54,129 nucleotides of DNA. Source: Patescibacteria group bacterium (lineage in GTDB: Bacteria; Patescibacteriota; Minisyncoccia; Phycocordibacterales; UBA918). This document shows, piece by piece, positions 7,772 to 17,846 of the stretch. Within the stretch, counting starts at the first letter, position 1, and each line of letters starts with the position of its first letter. Made by a program: the position numbers and the translations under genes. Below the pieces are notes generated by a model, which worked only from the letters and a program-made list of their open reading frames with translations, had not been told where the DNA came from and searched no databases. Where the stretch lies: positions 1-54,129 of the forward strand of contig JBBTRC010000012.1 in NCBI GenBank assembly GCA_038065355.1, written 5' to 3'.

Positions 7772-10294
7772 CTATCTCTTCATAATAGTCCAACCAGCGG
7801 CGAGGAGTGGTTCGGCCTTCTTGTATTTGAGTTCCTGCGTCTCAGTGCCATTTGTTATCGTCACCACATCGTTACGCCCATACGTCTCGTTTTTAGTGAC
7901 CGGCGCCCGTTTGGCGGTTTTTGACTCCATGGTCTCACCGGCGGCTTTTTGAGCGGCCTCTGCTTCTTGTTTCATGACTGCTTCTTCTCGCTCAACAATT
8001 TTTGGTTGAATGCGAGGCAAGAGATCGGCCAGACGGTGATAGAGCGCTGTTTCCATTTCTTTAAAAAGCCTAGTTCCCTCTTTTCGATACTCAATGAGAG
8101 GATCGCGCTGTCCGTAGGCTCGCAAGTTGACACTAGAACGCGTGTAGCTCATCACCTCGAGATGCTCGACCCACAACATGTCGATCATCTGAAGTATCAG
8201 TCGGCGAAACACATCCTGAAACGTAGCAGATCCAAATTCAGCCGCCTTGGCCGCGAGGACATCGGTGATAGCCGGATACTGCGCGGTCAGTTCTTGCTTC
8301 ACCGCTTCCACTTCATCGGTTTCTTCCATCAAGAGCTTGCGGCGGCGTGCGTACACCACCTTGCGTTGCTGATTCAACACATCGTCGTAGGCCAGTATTT
8401 GTTTGCGGGCATCAAAATGGAAGCCCTCGATTCTGGTTTGGGCGCTTTCCAGTGTTTTGCTTATCATGCCCATTTCAATCGGCTGGTCTTCAGGGATTTT
8501 GAACGTGCCCATCAAGTTTTTTACCCGGTCGCCACCAAACACCCGCATCAGCGAGTCGTCCATAGAGACGAAAAACTGTGTCTCCCCCGGGTCTCCTTGT
8601 CGCCCGGACCGGCCGCGAAGCTGGTTGTCGATACGGCGCGCTTCGTGGCGTTCGGTTCCGAGCACAAACAGTCCGCCCAAGTCTTTGACCACGTCACTTT
8701 CCTCTTTGGACGCATCCGGGCCGCCGAGTTTTATGTCGACGCCGCGGCCGGCTAAGTTGGTGGCGAGTGTCACCGCGCCGATGTGGCCGGCCGCGGCGAT
8801 AATCTCACCCTCTCGTTCGTGGTTCTTGGCGTTCAGCATTTCGTGTGCCACATTCGCTTTCGTTAGCTCAAGTGACAAACGTTCGTTTGATTCAATCGAA
8901 GCGGTACCGATAAGAAGTGGTTGTCCTCTGCTATGAATGTCTTTGACTTTGTTAATAATGGCCGCGAACTTGCCGGGTTCGTTCTGAAAAATCAGGTCAT
9001 TGTGGTCGATACGCTGTGACGGACGGTTGGTTGGCACCGGTACCACCTCAAGCCTGTAGACAGTAAAAAATTCCTCCTCCGAAGTGAGCGCGGTACCGGT
9101 CATGCCCGAGAGCTTCTCGTACATGCGGAAAAAGTTCTGGTAGGTAATCGAGGCAAAGGTTTTTGACTCCTTTTGAACAGCTACTCCTTCTTTGGCCTCT
9201 ACCGCTTGGTGTAAGCCATCTGACCAGCGGCGGCCGGGCTGGAGGCGGCCGGTAAATTCATCGACAATGATCACCTCGCCATCTCTGACCACGTACTCTT
9301 TATCTTTAGTGTAGAGGGCTTTGGCTCTCACTGCTGTCTCCAAGTGGTGTACGTACTTGATGCCCTTATCGGTATAAATGTTTTCGATACCGAGCATTTT
9401 TTCGGCCGCTTCAATACCAGCATCGGTTAGCGTCGCACTTTTGAGTTTCTCATCCACCGAAAAATGCTCATTCGCATGAAGCGCCGACGCGATCTTGGCG
9501 AACGTTGGGTATAAATTTTCCGTATCAGCGGCCGGCGCAGAGATGATGAGTGGAGTGCGTGCTTCGTCGATCAAAATAGAGTCGATCTCGTCCACAATGG
9601 CGTAGGTGTGGTGCAATTGGCGTAACCGATCTTTTTCGTACTCGATGTTGTCGCGCAAATAATCAAAACCGAATTCGCTGTTGGTGCCGTAGGTGATGTC
9701 TGCGCGGTAGGCTTCCTGTCTAGTACAGGGACGCAAAAATTCATACACGACTTTAAACGAACCGTGCTCATCACGATCAGCGTCTTGTTCTTGGTGCCCT
9801 TGGTCGTAGAGATACGACGCTTCGTGATTGATAACACCAACCGAGAGTCCGAGTGCGGCGTATACCTGCCCCATCCACACCGCGTCTCTTCGAGCGAGGT
9901 AGTCGTTGACTGTGACCACGTGCACACCACGACCTGCAAGAGCGTTCAGAGATGCTGGGAGCGTTGCGACCAAGGTCTTGCCTTCGCCGGTGCGCATTTC
10001 GGTAATTTTACCTTGGTGCAAAATAATGCCACCGACGAGCTGGACGTCGTAGTGGCGCAGTTTGAGTGTTCGCGTGGCCGCCTCGCGCACCAAAGCAAAC
10101 ATATCCGGCAGGAGCGCATCAAGTGCTTCGCCTAAGGCGACAGCCGCCTTATGCGTAGCTACCCGCTCCTTAAGCGCTTCGTCCGAAAGTGCCTGTATTT
10201 CAGCTTCGAGCGCATTGATTTTGGCTACGAGTGGCTTGGTTTCTTTGAGAATCTGCTCGTATCCAGGAGTGAAAAATCGGTCTAAAAATGACAT
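7772..10294 (-). CDS. secA: Preprotein translocase ATPase SecA
   Basis: MRTGEGKT, VTVNDYLA, DEIDSILIDEARTPLIIS, TNLAGRGVDI, QLRGRSGRQGDPG. Confidence 0.99.
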   Translation of the reverse strand: MSFLDRFFTPGYEQILKETKPLVAKINALEAEIQALSDEALKERVATHKAAVALGEALDALLPDMFALVREAATRTLKLRHYDVQLVGGIILHQGKITEMRTGEGKTLVATLPASLNALAGRGVHVVTVNDYLARRDAVWMGQVYAALGLSVGVINHEASYLYDQGHQEQDADRDEHGSFKVVYEFLRPCTRQEAYRADITYGTNSEFGFDYLRDNIEYEKDRLRQLHHTYAIVDEIDSILIDEARTPLIISAPAADTENLYPTFAKIASALHANEHFSVDEKLKSATLTDAGIEAAEKMLGIENIYTDKGIKYVHHLETAVRAKALYTKDKEYVVRDGEVIIVDEFTGRLQPGRRWSDGLHQAVEAKEGVAVQKESKTFASITYQNFFRMYEKLSGMTGTALTSEEEFFTVYRLEVVPVPTNRPSQRIDHNDLIFQNEPGKFAAIINKVKDIHSRGQPLLIGTASIESNERLSLELTKANVAHEMLNAKNHEREGEIIAAAGHIGAVTLATNLAGRGVDIKLGGPDASKEESDVVKDLGGLFVLGTERHEARRIDNQLRGRSGRQGDPGETQFFVSMDDSLMRVFGGDRVKNLMGTFKIPEDQPIEMGMISKTLESAQTRIEGFHFDARKQILAYDDVLNQQRKVVYARRRKLLMEETDEVEAVKQELTAQYPAITDVLAAKAAEFGSATFQDVFRRLILQMIDMLWVEHLEVMSYTRSSVNLRAYGQRDPLIEYRKEGTRLFKEMETALYHRLADLLPRIQPKIVEREEAVMKQEAEAAQKAAGETMESKTAKRAPVTKNETYGRNDVVTITNGTETQELKYKKAEPLLAAGWTIMKR

Positions 10295-10332
10295 AGTCGC
10301 TAGTATATAGGGAATTTATATAAACACAAAGC

Positions 10333-10353
10333 AAAATCGCCCGAGCGGGCGAT
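10333..10353 (-). terminator. Short terminator-like hairpin downstream of the Lys/Ala-rich ORF
   Basis: atcgccc-gagc-gggcgat followed by a T-run on the minus strand. Confidence 0.5.
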
Positions 10354-10399
10354 CATGCTACAAGTCTGACGCGAAGAAGGCGAACCGCCTCCGCTTCAT

Positions 10400-10519
10400 T
10401 TACTTTTTTCGTTTTTTTGCCTTCTTCTTTGCAGTCTTTCGTTTCGCTGCTTTTTTGGCAACCTTGCGCTTTGCGGTCTTCTTCTTAGCTGCCTTCTTAG
10501 CTTTCTTTTTTGCTGGCAT
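10400..10519 (-). CDS. 39-aa Lys/Ala-rich histone H1-like small basic protein (absent from the ORF track)
   Basis: Manual translation: MPAKKKAKKAAKKKTAKRKVAKKAAKRKTAKKKAKKRKK*. Confidence 0.85.
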   Translation of the reverse strand: MPAKKKAKKAAKKKTAKRKVAKKAAKRKTAKKKAKKRKK

Positions 10520-10659
10520 ATGTGGTGAGAAAATAGTGATGGATAACGTTCGACCGCAATCACTTCTCATGACAAAGAACAGAAATGTGAGAAGATGTTT
10601 GCTTCTCCTTAATTATCACGCGAAAAAAAATAAATACAATTCATTTTTGAAAACATAAA

Positions 10660-10668
10660 TGTGGATAA
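10660..10668 (-). promoter_or_regulatory. Perfect DnaA-box sequence TTATCCACA in the intergenic region
   Basis: tgtggataa on the plus strand, upstream of a candidate promoter (TTGTAT-16-GATAAT, 10612-10639) for the small basic protein. Confidence 0.4.
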
Positions 10669-10669
10669 G

Positions 10670-11683
10670 CTACAGGTAACAAACTTCGGTTTCAATTTTT
10701 ATTTTTGTCTTTTCAAAAACAATTTCAGAAATTTTTTTCGCAAATTTTTTTATTTCATCGGCAGTTGCATCTCCATTACGTACAAGTACAAGTGCTTGTT
10801 TTTCGTAGAGACACACGTTCCCTTCGCAATATCCTCGTAGCTTGCATACATGATCAAGAATCCAACCAAGTGGAACTTTCACCTGACCACTGTGTGTGTC
10901 GTGCCCAGGGAGATCGGCATATTTTAGTTGGAGTGACCAGAACTGTGCCTTAGAAAGAACGGGGTTTTTAAAGAAGGAGCCGGCTGTGCCAACGTCGGTC
11001 CAGTCGGGAAATTTTTGTGACCGGATGCGTATGACATGATCGCGAATCGCTGGCTGTGAAGTCGGCTGCGCCGCTAGCTCCGCTAGATCTTTGTATGCTA
11101 GCTTTGGTCTCGCTATCTTTGAAAAGGAAAAATCAACGGCGGTAATCACAAGGTCGCGGCCGGCACGGGTTTTTAAAAACGAGTCGCGGTAGGAAAATGC
11201 ACAGTCTTGATTGGTAAATACTTTTTCTTCTTGAGTTATAAGGTGCATGGCATGAATTCGTACAATTACGTCGGAGACCTCAACACCATACGCACCGACA
11301 TTTTGGATTGGCGTGGCACCGACCGTGCCGGGTATCCCACTCAAATTCTCAAGACCCCAGAGACCTTGTGTCACACTCTCTCTGATAAGATCGTCAAGCA
11401 ATGTACCGGCAGCCACTCGCCACACCACTTCGTCGTCTGTTTCCGAAACGGGAGTAATGCCGGTCATCTGATTTAAGATAACCAGCCCGCGGTAGCCCGC
11501 ATCGTCTATGAGCACGTTGGAACCGCTCCCTAGCACAACGGGCGGCGTTGCAGTTTGCTCCGCAAACTGCAACGCCGCCCGTAACTCCTCCACCGTCTTC
11601 ACCTCAACCACATAATCGGCTACCCCACCCACCCGCAAGGTGGTGTAGGCAGCGAGAGATACGTTTTTTCTAAGCGGTGGCAT
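10670..11683 (-). CDS. murB: UDP-N-acetylmuramate dehydrogenase
   Basis: LGSGSNVL, GLENLSGIPGTVGATPIQNVGAYG, FSYRDS, AGSFFKNP; start set at the ATG overlapping the upstream TAA. Confidence 0.96.
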   Translation of the reverse strand: MPPLRKNVSLAAYTTLRVGGVADYVVEVKTVEELRAALQFAEQTATPPVVLGSGSNVLIDDAGYRGLVILNQMTGITPVSETDDEVVWRVAAGTLLDDLIRESVTQGLWGLENLSGIPGTVGATPIQNVGAYGVEVSDVIVRIHAMHLITQEEKVFTNQDCAFSYRDSFLKTRAGRDLVITAVDFSFSKIARPKLAYKDLAELAAQPTSQPAIRDHVIRIRSQKFPDWTDVGTAGSFFKNPVLSKAQFWSLQLKYADLPGHDTHSGQVKVPLGWILDHVCKLRGYCEGNVCLYEKQALVLVRNGDATADEIKKFAKKISEIVFEKTKIKIETEVCYL

Positions 11684-13872
11684 TATTGTGCCGAGCAACC
11701 TTCAGCCGGTTCTTTTCCAGCTTCGATGTTAGCAATGATACAGTCAGCGGTAGTGCCAAACGTCGGCACCGTCGCCTTTCCAGTTTGTAGAGTGGCGATA
11801 GCTTCGTCGTTATTATCTTGTTCAAAATAGAGGAACGCCAGCGTTGCCCAGTTTTGGGCTTCAGTTGGATTGCTTTCGGTACGCACCTTGAAAAGGTCAA
11901 TCATGAAGTCATACTGCTTAGCTTGATTGGCGGCGCTGATGAGAAAGTCGCTCTTGGCAAACCGTTGCTTTGCTTCTTCGCTATCCATGAGCAGGATGGC
12001 CGCCTCGGCTTCGTTGTTGTACATGAGCGAAGCGGCGTAGTATTCGCGTGCCTCTAAGTTTCGCTCATCGAGCAGAAAAGCGTGTTCGAAGTACTCATGC
12101 GCTTCTTGGTTGGCACCACGAGAGAGCTCGATAAAACCTTGCTGGATGATAATCGATTGTTTGTCGGGCGACAGCGTGCGCGCTATCGCCATCTGTTCGG
12201 CCGCTTTATCAATGGCACCAATGGCACGATAGAAGCTACCGTAGAATACGTGTACGCGCGCGTCGCCCGGCTTTTCCAAAATCAGACGGTCGTACTGCTC
12301 TTCGGCGTAGCGGACATACTCGTCTTTAAGCTCTTTTGGCACCGCCTGGTCGCGTGACACATTAGTAGCCATTTGTGACAATTGCTCGGTGATTTCTTGA
12401 TGTCCGAATGAATTTCTATCCACCGCTCGCTTGAACGCTTCGAGCCGTGCTTCAGGACTTGGCTCACGAAACGCGTCGATGATGTCGCCAGCGGCCAGCA
12501 TACCCGGCATGTAGAGGAAGTAAATAGTCGCAAAGAGCGCCACCCCGACAACCGGCGCCGCAAATTGGGTCACGAGTGCGTCGTCTACTTTTCTGTGTGC
12601 AATCTTTTTGATTGGTTCTGCCACTCGTGCATGAATGAGACCGAGAATGATGGCAAAGAACATGTAGCTTACGATGTTATCAAACACCACGATGTTGTGA
12701 GTGAAGTAACCGGCCAAAATACCCAACAGTACGCCGCGCTCCAGCACGGTGAAAGAAGTGTCTTTCTTGTCAATGAGTGGGTGGATGAGCAGATAGTATC
12801 CGCAGGCCACAAAAATACTAAGGTACGCCAAGAGGCCGAGCACGCCACCGGTGATCAGCCAGTCAACGAAAATATCATGAGCTCGGTCAAACCACTGTTC
12901 TTGCCGATACAACGAAGGATCGTAGTATTGATTAAAAATATAGTTGAAGTTACTCTGCCCATACCCAAGAATCGGGCGTTCCTTGACTCCCTCAAATGCG
13001 AGACCCCAAATGGTGGCGCGAATGGTCAGGTCGTCAAAGGAAATATTGGCGATACGAGCGAGGTTTTGGTTGTTTTGCACAAACGGAGTCTCTCGGCCCG
13101 CAACAAACGCACCAACGCCAATGAGAAGTACGATGAACGCACCAATCGCGTACTTCCTAAACTCTCGAAACTGCGCACCGAAGAGCCCAATGTACCCAGA
13201 CATCACGAGCACGCCGACGGCGAGGCCAATCGCGGTACCGCGAGTACCGGTCTCAATGAGCACAAAAATAAACAGTGCCGCCAACAGCGCGTAGGCAATC
13301 TTCAGTGCTTTCTTTTTGGTTTCCGCAAACAGCCAAAAAGAAATGAAGATATGAAAGAGCATGTACACCGCCATGTACGCCGCATTGCCAAGCCGACTAT
13401 CAATACGGTTGCTACCATCGACCAAACCGCCGTACTGCGCCAGACCGTAGAGTGCCACTAGAAATGCGACGATAAGCGAAGTGTTAAGGAGCCGCTGCCA
13501 GAGCGAGACCGATGTCAGCATGCTTCCCAGCACCAGCATGTATAGGAAGGTGTGTAGCAGTGAGACATAGCCGTCCATACGCTCAAAATTGCTCCAAAAA
13601 CTGGACTCTCTATGTACGCCAAACCAGTTCGCAAAAAACATAATAATGAGCAGTGCTCCGAAACTAACCGCTACCCACGACCACTTAGGCCGATATTTCG
13701 CATCAAGAAGCGCGAGAAGGATCCAAGCCGCAAACGCCACGTCAATGAGTATGCGGAACCAAAAATTCTTTCCGGTAATAAACGGAAAGAAGTAGTCATT
13801 TTCTACATAGAGAGTTAAAAACGGTACGGCAAACAGCGCCCCAAACACCAGTGTCTTCAAGATGTCTTTCAT
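11683..13872 (-). CDS. O-antigen ligase-family multi-TM protein with C-terminal TPR-like repeats
   Basis: About 12 TM segments; RIDSRLGNAAY, TGTRG, RPILGYG, WFDRAHD motifs; helical TPR-like tail. Confidence 0.85.
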   Translation of the reverse strand: MKDILKTLVFGALFAVPFLTLYVENDYFFPFITGKNFWFRILIDVAFAAWILLALLDAKYRPKWSWVAVSFGALLIIMFFANWFGVHRESSFWSNFERMDGYVSLLHTFLYMLVLGSMLTSVSLWQRLLNTSLIVAFLVALYGLAQYGGLVDGSNRIDSRLGNAAYMAVYMLFHIFISFWLFAETKKKALKIAYALLAALFIFVLIETGTRGTAIGLAVGVLVMSGYIGLFGAQFREFRKYAIGAFIVLLIGVGAFVAGRETPFVQNNQNLARIANISFDDLTIRATIWGLAFEGVKERPILGYGQSNFNYIFNQYYDPSLYRQEQWFDRAHDIFVDWLITGGVLGLLAYLSIFVACGYYLLIHPLIDKKDTSFTVLERGVLLGILAGYFTHNIVVFDNIVSYMFFAIILGLIHARVAEPIKKIAHRKVDDALVTQFAAPVVGVALFATIYFLYMPGMLAAGDIIDAFREPSPEARLEAFKRAVDRNSFGHQEITEQLSQMATNVSRDQAVPKELKDEYVRYAEEQYDRLILEKPGDARVHVFYGSFYRAIGAIDKAAEQMAIARTLSPDKQSIIIQQGFIELSRGANQEAHEYFEHAFLLDERNLEAREYYAASLMYNNEAEAAILLMDSEEAKQRFAKSDFLISAANQAKQYDFMIDLFKVRTESNPTEAQNWATLAFLYFEQDNNDEAIATLQTGKATVPTFGTTADCIIANIEAGKEPAEGCSAQ

Positions 13873-13974
13873 ATGGCCCACACTATACCACGATAAAAAA
13901 GCAGTAAATCACTAGACGCGACTGTAAATCAGTTACGATATAAGTGACTTAGAGTCATTTTTTGTTATGCTAGG

Positions 13975-14793
13975 ATGACGTTTATGTCACCTATTAAATT
14001 ACTTAAAAAAGCCAAAACACTGATCTGGATACTTGTAAATATTCACTTTAGAAAAAAGACTCCAGTTATTATTTTTGCACCTGGCAGGGTTGGTTCAATG
14101 GCGTTATACAGTAACTTAATGAAGGCTGGCCTGTTTGTCTTTAAACTCGAATTTACAAAAATCGGTAGCAGTAGTAGTGCAAAATTTATCAAAAAATACA
14201 TTTTTGATCAAAAGAAGCCAGCCAAAATTATCAGTATTGTTCGAGATCCAATTGACATATTGGTCTCATACTTCTTCAGCAAAGCTGCGTCTGGACACAT
14301 AAAAGCGGCCCACAGAGCGTGGGAGGCCGCAAATATACAGGATCTTCAGAGATCATTTGTCGTTGATGTACTTAACACCGACCGTCTCGGTCTGCATTTG
14401 TACTGGTACGAAAAAGACTTCAAGGAAGCCACCAACATCGATATCTTCGCATACCCCTTCGATCAAAATGAAGGATTTAGTGTTGTTCCGCACGAAACAT
14501 ATCCTACCCTTATTTTTAGAACGGAAATGGAAGACACTAATAAAGCTGAAATTATTAAGACTTTTCTCAACCTTAGTGACTTCAACCTGACCCGAGAAAA
14601 CACACGGTCACAAAAAGTTGATGCGGCTCTGTATAGGTTGTTTAAAGACAGTTTGGTTTTACCATCTGACATTTTAAACAAAATTTACTCATCTCCCTAT
14701 GCAAAACACTTTTTGACAGAAAAAGAACGTCTTGCGTCAGTGGAAAAATACACAAAAGCGAGAAACGAATCAACAGTTAAATCTGTTGTATAG
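13975..14793 (+). CDS. Putative capsular polysaccharide synthesis family protein (sulfotransferase-like fold)
   Basis: PGRVGS, IISIVRDP, IDIFAYPFD, IYSSPYAKHF motifs; lies next to the flippase. Confidence 0.65.
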   Translation: MTFMSPIKLLKKAKTLIWILVNIHFRKKTPVIIFAPGRVGSMALYSNLMKAGLFVFKLEFTKIGSSSSAKFIKKYIFDQKKPAKIISIVRDPIDILVSYFFSKAASGHIKAAHRAWEAANIQDLQRSFVVDVLNTDRLGLHLYWYEKDFKEATNIDIFAYPFDQNEGFSVVPHETYPTLIFRTEMEDTNKAEIIKTFLNLSDFNLTRENTRSQKVDAALYRLFKDSLVLPSDILNKIYSSPYAKHFLTEKERLASVEKYTKARNESTVKSVV

Positions 14794-14796
14794 TCT

Positions 14797-16056
14797 ATGA
14801 TCTGGTTTGAAAAAATTGTGACACAATGGTTGCGAATTGATGCAAAGTATTTTTTGCGTGGCGGCTTTTGGTTATCGGTGAGCCAGTTTTTTACCATACT
14901 CTTCGGAATTTTAAGCTCTGCACTTCTCGCTCACTTTTTAAGTTCTATCGACTATGGCGTGTTCCGATACCTTACAAGTATAAGCATTTTAGTTGCCGTG
15001 TTCACTATTAGCGGCCTGGACGCAGCGATCATCCAAGCAACTGCGAAAAAATACCTCAATTTTTATTCTGAAACATTCAAAATAAACATTCTCTACAGTC
15101 TTATCAGTGCAAGCATTGGCGGTATTGGCTTTTTATATTACTTACTGAAAGGAAATTCACTGCTTGCTGTTGGTTGTTTAATTATCGCATTCCTAACACC
15201 AACCATACGATCGTTCCACTTCATACCCTCACTCCTGCAAGGCACACATAACTATCGCGCTTTAGCACTATTTCAGTCTTTAAAGTCATTTTTTGTTTCG
15301 GTATCTAGTATATCGGTGGTTTTTTTAACCAAGAATATTCTCCTACTATTAATCGTTTATCTAATTTCGCAAGCACTTGCAAATTTTTTCGGACACTTGG
15401 TCTTTCAACCTAAGAAAGCGGAGCCAACTCCTCGAGACGTTTTTAATAAATATTTGAGTTACGCAAAGCACACAAGCGTTCGCAATCTGCTCACTGGTGT
15501 TGCTTTCAAGATTGACTCTGTTATCGTCTTCACTCAACTTGGAGCAGCTGAACTAGCGCTATATTCGATAGCTCAACTCGTTCCAGAACAGGTAAAAGGG
15601 GCCCTCAAAAATATCTCTTCTCTACTACTCGTAAAGTATTCGGCAAATGAAAATTTTTCAGTGGTGAAAAAAGCTATCTGGCGACGCAGCTTACAACTAC
15701 TGCTAGTGTTAGTTGCCTGTACACTGCTTTATCTACTGATCGCACCAAAAATTTACGAACTTCTTTTTCCCAAATATCCTGATGCAATCTGGCTTGGTGG
15801 CCTACTCGCACTTTCCTTCCCCGCTACACTAGCGATGATACCCACAAGTGTTTTGCAGGCACAGTTACGGGAACGCGAGCTACATCTATTAAATATAATT
15901 AACTCTATTTTTTTGGTCTCTGCAACTCTGATTGGTGTGTACTTTTTTCACTTGGTGGGAGCTGTCACAGCACGAGTGATTTCTCGATATTTTATCTTGG
16001 GATTATCCTATTTCTACTATTTGAGAGTTTCTGACGCAAAACACGAATCGAGCTAA
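14797..16056 (+). CDS. wzx: Oligosaccharide flippase (Wzx/MOP family)
   Basis: About 12 TM segments; YFLRGGFWL...LS..DYG.F pattern; glycan locus context. Confidence 0.8.
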   Translation: MIWFEKIVTQWLRIDAKYFLRGGFWLSVSQFFTILFGILSSALLAHFLSSIDYGVFRYLTSISILVAVFTISGLDAAIIQATAKKYLNFYSETFKINILYSLISASIGGIGFLYYLLKGNSLLAVGCLIIAFLTPTIRSFHFIPSLLQGTHNYRALALFQSLKSFFVSVSSISVVFLTKNILLLLIVYLISQALANFFGHLVFQPKKAEPTPRDVFNKYLSYAKHTSVRNLLTGVAFKIDSVIVFTQLGAAELALYSIAQLVPEQVKGALKNISSLLLVKYSANENFSVVKKAIWRRSLQLLLVLVACTLLYLLIAPKIYELLFPKYPDAIWLGGLLALSFPATLAMIPTSVLQAQLRERELHLLNIINSIFLVSATLIGVYFFHLVGAVTARVISRYFILGLSYFYYLRVSDAKHESS

Positions 16057-16058
16057 GG

Positions 16059-16727
16059 TTAGATTTTTTTGGACACAATCGCAAATTTAATTTCTAGCAA
16101 CCCAAAACTTTCATTTACGAATCTGTCTGTTTGCTTTGAAAGATTGACTATATACACGTTACGATCAAGAGAATCAATTAATGATTTACATCCACCGTCA
16201 GCGCGATTTAGCCAGTAGTCATCAAAAACGACGATGGTTCTCTCATGCATTAGTTGTTCGGAATATTTCCAGTCATTAGCGATTGTATCGAGACTGTGAC
16301 CACCGTCGATGAAAATTAGATCCATCTTGGGCAACGAAGGAGTATTGTCAGGCAAAGTCTTAAGAGTGTCGCCTTTAAATAGAGTGATCTCCGCACCAGT
16401 TTGTTCTAAAGCATGTTGTACTTCTGCTTGAGTTGGCGGTCTCTTAGATATTTCATGCACAAAAGATTCATCCGTCATACCTTCGAAAAGATCAAAACCA
16501 TAATACTCAATTTGATCTGCGGGATGGAAGCTTTTTGCTAAGGAGATCAATTTAATTGCACGTGCTCCTGACCAAGTCCCTACCTCCATAATCTTACTAG
16601 CTTTTGTCTTTTTAAGTGCTGAAAATAAATTACTATACCGTTTCGGACCAAAAAGCATGTGGGTGACTTGATTCACCGTCGGTGCGTAGAAAGGTTTGAG
16701 TGCCTGTTTGATTTTTCGTAATATCAT
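16059..16727 (-). CDS. Class I SAM-dependent methyltransferase (Methyltransf_24-like)
   Basis: IMEVGTWSG, YYGFDLF, DLIFIDGGH, VVFDDY. Confidence 0.85.
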   Translation of the reverse strand: MILRKIKQALKPFYAPTVNQVTHMLFGPKRYSNLFSALKKTKASKIMEVGTWSGARAIKLISLAKSFHPADQIEYYGFDLFEGMTDESFVHEISKRPPTQAEVQHALEQTGAEITLFKGDTLKTLPDNTPSLPKMDLIFIDGGHSLDTIANDWKYSEQLMHERTIVVFDDYWLNRADGGCKSLIDSLDRNVYIVNLSKQTDRFVNESFGLLEIKFAIVSKKI

Positions 16728-16732
16728 AAAAG

Positions 16733-17845
16733 CTATTGTGTAATGTGTAAAAATTCTTGCTCGTACATATCGGCAATGTAGCTCCAGTCGTAACTAAGAG
16801 CATTAACTTTTGCATGATGCCTATACAGATCCCTCGTTTTCTTGTCGGTCAGTAATAGTTCCATGGCACTTGTGATTTCAGGGATGGTATCGTTTACCAA
16901 CAGCCCAGTCACACCGTGTTTTATTGCAGCTTCCGCGCCTGTATCATATGTTCCTATTGAAGTCGCGCCACACAGAGCCGCTTCAAGATACACCATTCCA
17001 AAGCCCTCTATAAATTCTTTTGTGCTGACAGGCAACAAGATGAAAAATTCTGCTCCACTATAGAGGTCCATCAGATCGTCGTCGGAAATCTTCTGTACGA
17101 AATGTACTCTATGGGTTATGTTTTCGGCCTCAATAAGATGCTTAATTTCAACAAAATAAGGGTCGAGCTCGTTGTGGTCGCCGACAACCACATAATGGAG
17201 GTCAGGAAATTTCTCACTAACTTTCGAAAATGCCTGTATGGATCTTAGTTGACCTTTTCTTTCTTTAATTGCCCCGACGCTCAAAATGTATGGTCTTCCA
17301 TACGTATATGTCGGGCTGTTTACTGTATGAAACAGTTTCGTATCTACACCAACAGGTATGGTAGCTAAGTTTTTGCCAAATTTAAATCCGGGCTTAGAGT
17401 TTTCGATAGATTTTTTAACGAAAGTATTGATAATAAAAATTCGAAAAGATGCTCGATAAACCCACGACATTAGTAAATTTTTTAACTTAAAGCCAGGTTC
17501 AAAAAGTGAATAGGTGCCGAGCGTTTGAATAAAAATTGGTTTTCTAATGCCTATACATGCCAGATGAACAAAAATACCGACTGGCCTCACATCAAAAGCG
17601 AGCACGACATCATATTGCCTAAGAAACTGTCTCAGCCGATACAACGCTTCTACAGATCTAATGATTCTGGCGACGTTTAGATCCAAAGATAGGTTTAAAA
17701 AATCGGTGTTAGTAACACTCCTATTTTCAGAACTGACTATACCAACGTGATGTTGTTTTTCAAAAAACTTTTTTGCAAGGCTAACTACTACCCGACCAAG
17801 TCCAGCTCCTGGGTTGGTACTGTTGGTTACAATACAGATTTTCAT
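16733..17845 (-). CDS. Glycosyltransferase family 4
   Basis: ILSVGAIKERKG, EGFGMVYLEA (EX7E). Confidence 0.9.
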   Translation of the reverse strand: MKICIVTNSTNPGAGLGRVVVSLAKKFFEKQHHVGIVSSENRSVTNTDFLNLSLDLNVARIIRSVEALYRLRQFLRQYDVVLAFDVRPVGIFVHLACIGIRKPIFIQTLGTYSLFEPGFKLKNLLMSWVYRASFRIFIINTFVKKSIENSKPGFKFGKNLATIPVGVDTKLFHTVNSPTYTYGRPYILSVGAIKERKGQLRSIQAFSKVSEKFPDLHYVVVGDHNELDPYFVEIKHLIEAENITHRVHFVQKISDDDLMDLYSGAEFFILLPVSTKEFIEGFGMVYLEAALCGATSIGTYDTGAEAAIKHGVTGLLVNDTIPEITSAMELLLTDKKTRDLYRHHAKVNALSYDWSYIADMYEQEFLHITQ

Positions 17846-17846
17846 C

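Noticed and set aside
10660-10668. Replication origin
   Set aside because: Only a single perfect DnaA box, with no cluster and no dnaA or dnaN nearby.
7949-13461. Long plus-strand ORFs (7949-8755, 8403-8936, 12565-13461)
   Set aside because: They are antisense shadows of secA and the ligase gene with no recognisable motifs.
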